From: an uncultured Planctomycetales bacterium
Lineage (GTDB): Bacteria; Omnitrophota; Gorgyraeia; Zapsychrales; Zapsychraceae
Assembly: GCA_964364455.1 (NCBI GenBank)
Contig: CAYIMR010000001.1
Location: 2,403-66,402 of the forward strand
Direction: 5' to 3'
DNA: 64,000 bases
The position numbers and the translations under genes were made by a program. The notes beneath the pieces were generated by a model. It was not told where the DNA came from. It did no database searches and saw only the letters and a program-made list of their open reading frames with translations. Positions 59,501 to 64,000 of the stretch are shown here, piece by piece (position 1 is the stretch's first letter; each line of letters starts with the position of its first letter).

Positions 59501-62500
59501 AACAATTTTATTCCTGAAATTATCGGTCACCGCGTCTGTCCTCAAGAGAACATTGCTTAAAACATCCTCGGTGAAACTAACCCCTCTTTCCGCGCGGGCA
59601 TTTCTTTCTCTATACCCGGCTACTTGTGCCTGCCGCGGGACCATTACTTGAGGAGCGCCCTCGAAAACAACAGCATAATTAGGCCCGGCCTTATAGATAT
59701 CAAAATCAATATCTTCTTCATTTAACGGTGCCTCGCCCTCTTTAACCGTTTGATTGTAACTCTTGACCGTCTCGCGAATGGCTTCTCGAATCGCACCATT
59801 TATCTCAGGGCCGGTATACGCCAGGACCTTATCCCCTATTTCATGGCCAACCCCTAATTCTTCACCCAGGGTATTAAGCCATTTCAGATCCTGAAGTTTG
59901 ATCATTGAAATACTAACGGCCTCCTTCCCCTTCTTCACTCGCGATATTAAATCCTCCTGGAGTTTAGAATAACTCTTGACTCCACCCGTTCTCGTAAATC
60001 TTTGTTGAAGGCTCTCAAATGTTTTGACAACGCCGCTAATAGCTGACTTGTCAACCGGGGATCTGGCCTTGACCGGCGAACTGGACGCCTGAGGGTTCAA
60101 AACATCTTTGATCTTCGGCGAAATGGTGATTTTCATATCGCGGGCCGGTTCCACCGGGCTGCTGGACGACGGGCCTTGAACCAATTCGGGCGGCGCCGCC
60201 TGAATTGACTGTCCCATGACCGGCGAGCTGGAAAGTTTAATAGTGACAAGACTTCCTTCCGCCCAACCCCGGGCATTGAAAGACCCAAAGGATCCGTCGT
60301 CAAACTTCACGTGAACGACAAACGTGTTAATACCGTATCCCCTCGGCATAAATCTGAAACTATGAATCGTGCCTAACCCCTGAGCGGTGTGCTTAACTCT
60401 TGCGCCTTTCACAACACCCTTTTCTCTCAGAGAGCCCAGCAATTCCCGTGCCCCCTCTTTTTCCTCTGGAGTCAACTTCACCGGCGAGGCCGCGGATTGA
60501 GGTTCCCTGCGCCCGATCACCACTGCACCCCAATTGGGCCCTCTCGAAATGGGCACATTTGCTACAACTTTTAACCCGGATTCTTCCATTTCAGAGACAG
60601 AATCAAAATGCCTCGTCTCTCCGCGTCCACCACTATTCATCACAACATGCCCGCCCGGGCGCAGATTCGAAACAACTTTTTTGAAAAGATCCCCGCCTAA
60701 GAAAGGAGAATAACTCACATATAAAACATCATAACCGCTGGCACCGTCGAGAGAATCGCTGGTAACTTCAGGAGGCACAAATGACGCAGCGTCTTTGTTG
60801 ACATAGTAAATGATCTCACGATTTTTTATCCTGCCATCTGTCGCCGGAAGGCCGAACGTAAAGACGGCCCTGGAGGCATCGCTCAAATCCATATTCAAAT
60901 CAACGGCTCCTACCCCTCGCAGTTGTTTCTCGATGGCCGTGAAGTTATCCAGTCCGTTCGTATCTCCCATGAACTGCCGGGAGAGATCTACAAATACATA
61001 ACGCGAGGCATCTGTTGCGGCCAAAGGTCCAAGCACATCAAATCCAGCGCCGGGATAATAAACCGTGATATCCCTGCTGCCATCAGGATTGATTGCCGAA
61101 GGGCCGATCCTCCCCAGCATCTCAATCTCAAACGCCCTAACGGGCCGTGTCTCTTCGGTCAGCTCAGGCCCAAAATTCACGCCGCCTTTTAGACGTTCAA
61201 TAAAATGTTTCCTATTCCCAGGTTGCCCCACAGGGCTGCTGGAAGCGATAAGGTCACGGGCCGCGGCTGCATAATCTCTCTCTTTTGCAGGAAGCCTTAC
61301 AAGATACGCCTCATCAATGCTTGCGGCCAACTGCTTAATAAACGTTTCAGAAACATGCCCGCCCCAGGGACTGTTCTGCCTAATACTTGCCATAAGGGCA
61401 TCCGTGCCCTCAATCTTTTCAACCGTCTGAGAGGTATAATCCGGGCTGACGTCAAGCAGAACAACCTTGTCCACCGTAACAAACTCGGGCCTCTGATTCA
61501 CATCTGCTCTGATAAGCTTGCCGTTCTGCTCCCTGTCCCTGTAAGGCAATCTCCCAGCACCTTTAACATAGTTGGGGCCGGCAATAAAAGTTTCATCAAA
61601 GAAAAATCCGACAGGGATGTCATCAATTACCAGGGCATAATCGCGTGGGTTCAAGTCAAAAATTTCACGGCTCAAAGTAGATTTGCCGCTTTCCGGAACG
61701 CCCAGAATCAGCACCCCTCCATTTGTCCGATTGTCAACGAGGACATTGCCGTGTATCGAATAGACATCCGCATCTTTCAATCCAAGGTCACGCAGCTCCT
61801 GCTTTAATGCCACAGGGAGACTGACATTCTTCAAATTATCCAAGCCGGTTTTAACCTTTTTGTATATCCGGTTGGAAAGATTCAGCACATCTTTCAGGGT
61901 CACCGGCGAGGAGGCGGCAAGATAGGCCGCGGCGGCCGCGTAATCCTTCTTTTCTTCATTTTCAGGAAATTTCACAAGGTACGCTTCATCAATGCTCGCG
62001 GCCAACTGCTTAAGAAATTCCTCAGAGACATGCCCGCCCCAGGGACTGTTCCGCCTGATGATTTCTATAATAGCCTCGGGTGAATTAATTTTCTCAACTG
62101 TCTGGGAGGTGTACGCGGGGCTGACTTCAAGCAAAACAACCTTCTTAACCCTTACAAATTCAGGCATCCGATTTACGTCCGCATCATTTATGAGTTTTCC
62201 TGTCCGATCTCTGTAAGGCAACGTCCGCGCCCCTTTGACATAGTTAGGACCGGCGATGAATGTCTTCTCATCAAAGAAGAACCCAACAGGAATATCGTCA
62301 ACAACCAGGGCGTGGCGGCGGCTCAAATTCAGAATCTCATGGCTCAGTAAGGATTTTCCACTTTCCGGGGCCCCCAAAATCAGAACACCCTTGTCTGTCT
62401 GAGTGTCAACGAGAACATTGCCATGCATCGGATACACCTTCCGATGGAGTTTTTCCTCTAATGTCGTTGGGAGGCTGACATTTCTTAGATCATCTAATCC

Positions 62501-64000
62501 CTCCTTTATTTCTTTATATGTTGTATCGGCCGTATTGAGGACTTCTCGCAATTGGGATTTGAATCCGTCATCGTCTCGACGGCCTGAGGACAGCCTGCCA
62601 GCTTTTCTGAAATAATAACTATTCTCACCCAGCGGCTTGAATCCTAATCCCTTGAAGAATCCTTCCCAGGCCGCTTGCGCTCCCGATTCTTCTCCTAAAT
62701 AGACAAGATTCGTACCCAAAGAATAGTCTGTGCCAAATTCTTGAACAAATTTACGTACCAGCTCTCTGCCGTACCCATTACCGCCCGCTTGCGTCCCGAC
62801 CTCGACATGATACAAATTGAGGAACTTGTCATTGTCCGGATTAGGCTGAATGGCCACAAGGACGGCGTCGGGACGTTTGCTGTCTCCCATGTAGAGAACT
62901 TCTACTTTTGTATTTTGCTTAAAGGCTTCTAAAATATTTTGATCATTGCTGCCGACCTTTCTTTCTAACCGGCTAAAGGCTTTAAAATTATCCAGGATAT
63001 TCTTGACGTCATTTTGATCCGCGGCTCTATTCACAACAGGGCTGCTGGAGATTTCCATATTTGTAGTAACTGAACTCTCATAATACTTATCAATGAGGCT
63101 TGCCAACTGGCCCAATGTGCTGTCATTATTGTCCTCAACGACAGCGGCGGGCATGAATTCGGCAAATTCTTTCTTATAATCAACAACATCCAGCGTCTGC
63201 GCGTCCTTAGAACTAAACGCCAGCGCGCGGAGAGAATTGATGATCTTCTCACCCGCGAGATCCACAATGTTCTTTTGCTCGTCGCGTACGGCTTGAGTAT
63301 CGGCCGTCGCGGAAAGAATTTCCGCCTGCCTGGTCCATTGAGGATTGATGGCGATCCGCGCCTCGAGGCCTTCTCCCTGGATATACGCGTCGGAACTGAC
63401 AATAAGCGCGTGGCTTTCTGTGCCATCCGCCAACGGTGTGCTGACAATAATCGCTCTCTGCAAACGGGCGCGCGACACATCGACATTGCCGCTGCCGGAA
63501 ATCTTCTCCAAGATCGTATTAAATTGACCCGGGCTGACGCGCTTGACCTGCCCTTCGGCGATCGTGATCCCCTGCTTGATCCCGATGTTCAGGGCGACCG
63601 CGTAATCCCTGTCTCCTTGCGGAAGATTAAATTTGCTGTTTTCCTTCCACGCGTCCACGGGAAGCGCCCTGGCAAGGATGCGCGATCGCCAATCGGACGG
63701 GATCCGGATGTCCGGTTCGCCGACAAGAACCGCCGCGTTTTTCTCAACTTCATCAAACGTCACTTCGTTGCCCCCGGTATCGTAAAACACCTGGCGCGTG
63801 ATCGTCTTCTGGACCTTATGGATACTGCCCGCTTCGTCTTTCTGTTCTTCCACCACGGTTTCCAGGACGATCTTCCCCGTGAAGATCTTCCGGCTGTCGA
63901 CCCCTATCGACCCGATATAATCTCTGACGGCCTCTGCCGTCTGGTTATCCGGGACAGGGACAAGGGTCAGCCGGCCGGTCCTGCCGAGGGTAACCGCTTT
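17600..64000 (-). CDS. Giant multidomain fusion ORF (ORF-R). The N-terminus lies beyond window end 64000. An in-frame ATG at 54380-54382 has an open frame upstream of it. One apparent frame discontinuity was verified at about 40735-40745, and at least one more is implied. The C-terminal end near 17600-17840 is unresolved.
   Basis: Hand translation of the reverse strand gives continuous protein with the modules listed below, and many motifs were verified against the plus strand. Not in the supplied ORF track. Confidence 0.45.
17640..17830 (-). other. Module: Gly/Ala-rich hydrophobic segment (possible C-terminal membrane anchor), following SSSPVID
   Basis: GTIETLLGLGVAAVATAAIGVGAYAVAGTFVAAAGIVYVAAKQLGVL verified at 17701-17840. 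Confidence 0.35.
19140..19860 (-). other. Module: class I SAM-dependent methyltransferase
   Basis: VVADFGSGAGGLT (motif I, verified at 19686-19724) and GVDVVVSLDTLFHL. Confidence 0.55.
19900..20950 (-). other. Module: HIT-superfamily GalT-like nucleotidyltransferase
   Basis: YWNGPGRSIKHHAHFQGFLGRFPIDKREVVDL verified at 20221-20340 (His-phi-His-phi-His HIT signature). An upstream Cys pair GDGKCNLCAAY is present. Confidence 0.5.
21000..22600 (-). other. glgA: Module: glycogen synthase (GlgA, GT5)-like
   Basis: MEFGPLVKVGGQGDVMHELFKAFAKAGKDVSVVMPYF, IIHTNDHHTALA, NGIDFEVWNPATD. ...AMRYGTLPLVRKTGGLADTV verified at 21281-21340. Confidence 0.6.
23560..24570 (-). other. Module: MidA/NDUFAF7-like (DUF185) SAM-dependent methyltransferase
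   Basis: VVEMGGGDGSLMVNFMEAL and SNELLDTFPVHRVV. Preceded by RQGSSSPVE (verified at 24575-24595). Confidence 0.4.
24600..26370 (-). other. Module: UDPGP-family UDP-sugar pyrophosphorylase (UGPase/UAP-like)
   Basis: LGNLDAGLGTSLERESYVK verified at 26041-26100 (LNGGLGTSMG signature position). Confidence 0.5.
26400..27400 (-). other. Module: Pol-beta-superfamily nucleotidyltransferase
   Basis: GGYAAGSVPSGEAVEGSDIDMHIHFGEG verified at 26641-26700 (GS...DxD motif). Confidence 0.5.
27430..28420 (-). other. Module: Gfo/Idh/MocA-family NAD(P)-dependent oxidoreductase
   Basis: IALVGLGRWGGGVMLNVL (verified at 28322-28390) and HYELARQALLAGKDVLVEKPLA. Confidence 0.5.
28450..29600 (-). other. Module: radical SAM domain with a C-terminal Cys-rich (SPASM/twitch-like) extension
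   Basis: MGCNNYCVWCTRL (CxxxCxxC) verified at 29371-29400. Downstream Cys clusters: FTQCQHCKF...YPCTSVS and QCPDCTRF. Confidence 0.55.
30500..34700 (-). other. Module: polytopic integral-membrane blocks (many predicted TM helices; possible GT-C or transporter-like fold)
   Basis: Long runs of hydrophobic helices, e.g. MANFFSFAVLLTGFIGSGLALGYVSLLAGVLPLGLSYLSVVPPFAITLFLLIA and LVLVNVITFVLLQVVLFIDPAHSFPFAGAFVTSGFVLALSIV. No fold could be assigned by eye. Confidence 0.4.
39950..40900 (-). other. Module: TIM-barrel glycoside-hydrolase-like domain (clan GH-A-like). The frame breaks inside it.
   Basis: HLRDIDLMKEMGVRVIRTYYPITSKAFLDKLAENGIKVIVGFPYF (frame A, verified 40741-40920), then DNTRNRGPDMLGGGYIDYIKKHKDHPAILMWSFGNDYNDL (frame B, verified 40621-40740). 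The NE-type catalytic position reads ND. Confidence 0.45.
42200..43100 (-). other. Module: beta-barrel-like segment with alternating hydrophobic pattern (porin/OMP-like)
   Basis: ...NVTLNFSLNREHEKGYLDLW...YFTAEQAIGSNRFSLTGRYKNLNVSYSNVKGAETYGVGLNINKDVKIGVSKD...YAKYNLLSF. Based on composition and pattern only. Confidence 0.3.
48250..48650 (-). other. Module: LytM/M23-like beta-fold domain (catalytic motifs degenerate)
   Basis: GTRVRSILDGRVTAVERGPRGYEITVESTSQEGIKIKQVFGHLGAVEI...GAHYLFRLKL verified at 48181-48300. Confidence 0.4.
49350..49900 (-). other. Module: soluble lytic transglycosylase (SLT) domain
   Basis: AESRFNPKAVSPKGARGLMQIIATTW verified at 49561-49680 (ES...GLMQI signature), and ...LAGYNAGP downstream. 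Confidence 0.65.
50000..51900 (-). other. Module: long coiled-coil region
   Basis: About 600 residues of E/K/R/A/Q/L-rich heptad-like sequence (e.g. ELRSLHEEIITAVEESAAAREKKADKDEAEDRRLREIQ...). Confidence 0.4.
52200..54382 (-). other. N-terminal region after the in-frame ATG at 54380-54382. It contains clustered SSPV motifs and two blocks of TM helices.
   Basis: MAVSFIPHPLSIVENASSPVDSK..., TM helices (FLIILGLLSLPVISALAGLKILL, LSAGLLAGIMTAAVGFSWLPAVLFSIF). ASSPVKSSSPV verified at 53843-53870. Confidence 0.4.
54385..54420 (-). promoter_or_regulatory. Purine-rich GGACGAGG-type tandem repeats immediately upstream of the in-frame ATG at 54382 (Shine-Dalgarno-like)
   Basis: Minus strand reads aacgaaggacgagggacgaaggatgagggacgagggATG. 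The same repeat family occurs at 15845-15885, 16545-16580, 53295-53325 and 54721-54750. Confidence 0.3.
54417..54701 (-). CDS. Small ORF (94 aa, MVRLNTSCANLEVKHFVYVPTSNCVIVTAKDKDHNRLKVYLVLTGENRAYQRNGINQTWEELDGFSESRIQQLVCEAFSDK...). It overlaps the giant reading frame in a +1 frame.
   Basis: In the ORF track. The AAAGGAGG Shine-Dalgarno sits 6 nt upstream of the ATG (verified at 54702-54716). The sequence is globular-looking, whereas the giant frame is low-complexity over the same span. Confidence 0.4.
   Translation of the reverse strand: MVRLNTSCANLEVKHFVYVPTSNCVIVTAKDKDHNRLKVYLVLTGENRAYQRNGINQTWEELDGFSESRIQQLVCEAFSDKRIPRYRTSTSALN
54858..54890. repeat. Tandem heptamer repeat (GAGATAC)x4
   Basis: Directly visible: gagatacgagatacgagatacgagatacgg. 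It encodes (SRISYLV)-like residues in the giant frame. Confidence 0.8.
56640..57820 (-). other. Module: unassigned alpha/beta module between ASSPMT (about 57815-57835) and ASSPVV (verified 56610-56635)
   Basis: Protein-like translation (…VDVVIVAELPDDTRGLINGRWETDLGPVDYKVINRTYYQ…VEVPVGGAETGKGKLTTRNLAGSLGVLVYD…). No confident family assignment. Confidence 0.25.
60480..61220 (-). other. Module: Rossmann-fold methyltransferase-like
   Basis: ITVYYPGAGFDVLGPLAATDASRYVFVDLS...GYDVLYVSYSPF. Assignment is tentative. Confidence 0.3.
61240..61890 (-). other. Module: HprK-C-like P-loop kinase/phosphorylase domain, copy 2
   Basis: NGGVLILGVPESGKSTLSREIFDL verified at 61653-61705. Confidence 0.5.
61900..62600 (-). 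other. Module: HprK-C-like P-loop domain, copy 1 (tandem paralogue, about 80% nt identity to copy 2)
   Basis: KGVLILGAPESGKSLLSHEILNL verified at 62326-62378. The duplication is visible at DNA level when 61261-61400 is compared with 61921-62070. Confidence 0.5.
62640..63030 (-). other. Module: GNAT-type acetyltransferase-like
   Basis: HVEVGTQAGGNGYGRELVRKFVQE verified at 62761-62815. It follows MEISSSPVVN (63038-63058). Confidence 0.4.

Noticed and set aside
1-64000. Alternative genetic code (UGA or UAG reassignment) as the explanation for the missing long ORFs
   Set aside because: The real reverse-strand frames are already stop-free over kilobases in the standard code (e.g. 41640 to 40690, 54382 to 54910), so no reassignment is needed.

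Overview
Almost the entire window is minus-strand coding sequence that the supplied ORF track does not show. I translated the reverse strand by hand in the standard code and checked key motifs against the plus-strand DNA. The result is stop-free, domain-rich protein sequence over nearly the whole window. Many of the long plus-strand ORFs in the track, including 37886..39076, 40874..42172 and 49307..50308, have the Arg/Leu/Gly/Pro-rich composition of antisense reading through minus-strand coding sequence and are rejected. The alternative-genetic-code explanation is also rejected, because the real frames are open in code 11.

Architecture. ORF-L (about 1..16040, minus strand) runs off the left edge. 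ORF-R (about 17600..64000, minus strand) runs off the right edge. The two giant ORFs flank a 1.3-kb plus-strand island (16288-17587). The island encodes three paralogous 30-33 aa single-helix peptides ending in His-His-His, a DUF5678-like protein and a retropepsin-like aspartic protease carrying a D-S-G-A motif.

The giant ORFs are chains of recognisable enzyme modules. These include GlgA-, GlgB-, GT35/GlgP- and GH13/GlgE-like alpha-glucan enzymes, a UDP-sugar pyrophosphorylase, a HIT/GalT-like module, class I and MidA-like methyltransferases, a radical SAM module with a CxxxCxxC motif, a Gfo/Idh/MocA module, a Pol-beta nucleotidyltransferase, two RelA/SpoT-like modules, GNATs and tandem HprK-like P-loops. 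A lytic transglycosylase, a LytM-like fold, long coiled coils, a beta-barrel-like stretch and polytopic membrane blocks are also present. The modules are joined by a recurrent Ser-Ser-Ser-Pro-Val linker at about 29 sites.

Other notable features are an exact 216-bp intragenic duplication, a family of short GGACGAGG/CCTCGTCC repeats at apparent Met-Lys-Asp-Glu-Gly-Arg starts, an apparent frameshift inside a glycoside-hydrolase domain at about 40740, and a small embedded ORF with a perfect Shine-Dalgarno sequence (54417..54701).

Coordinates of module boundaries are approximate, to within about 100 bp. The continuity of the giant frames between verified anchor points is not proven by hand.
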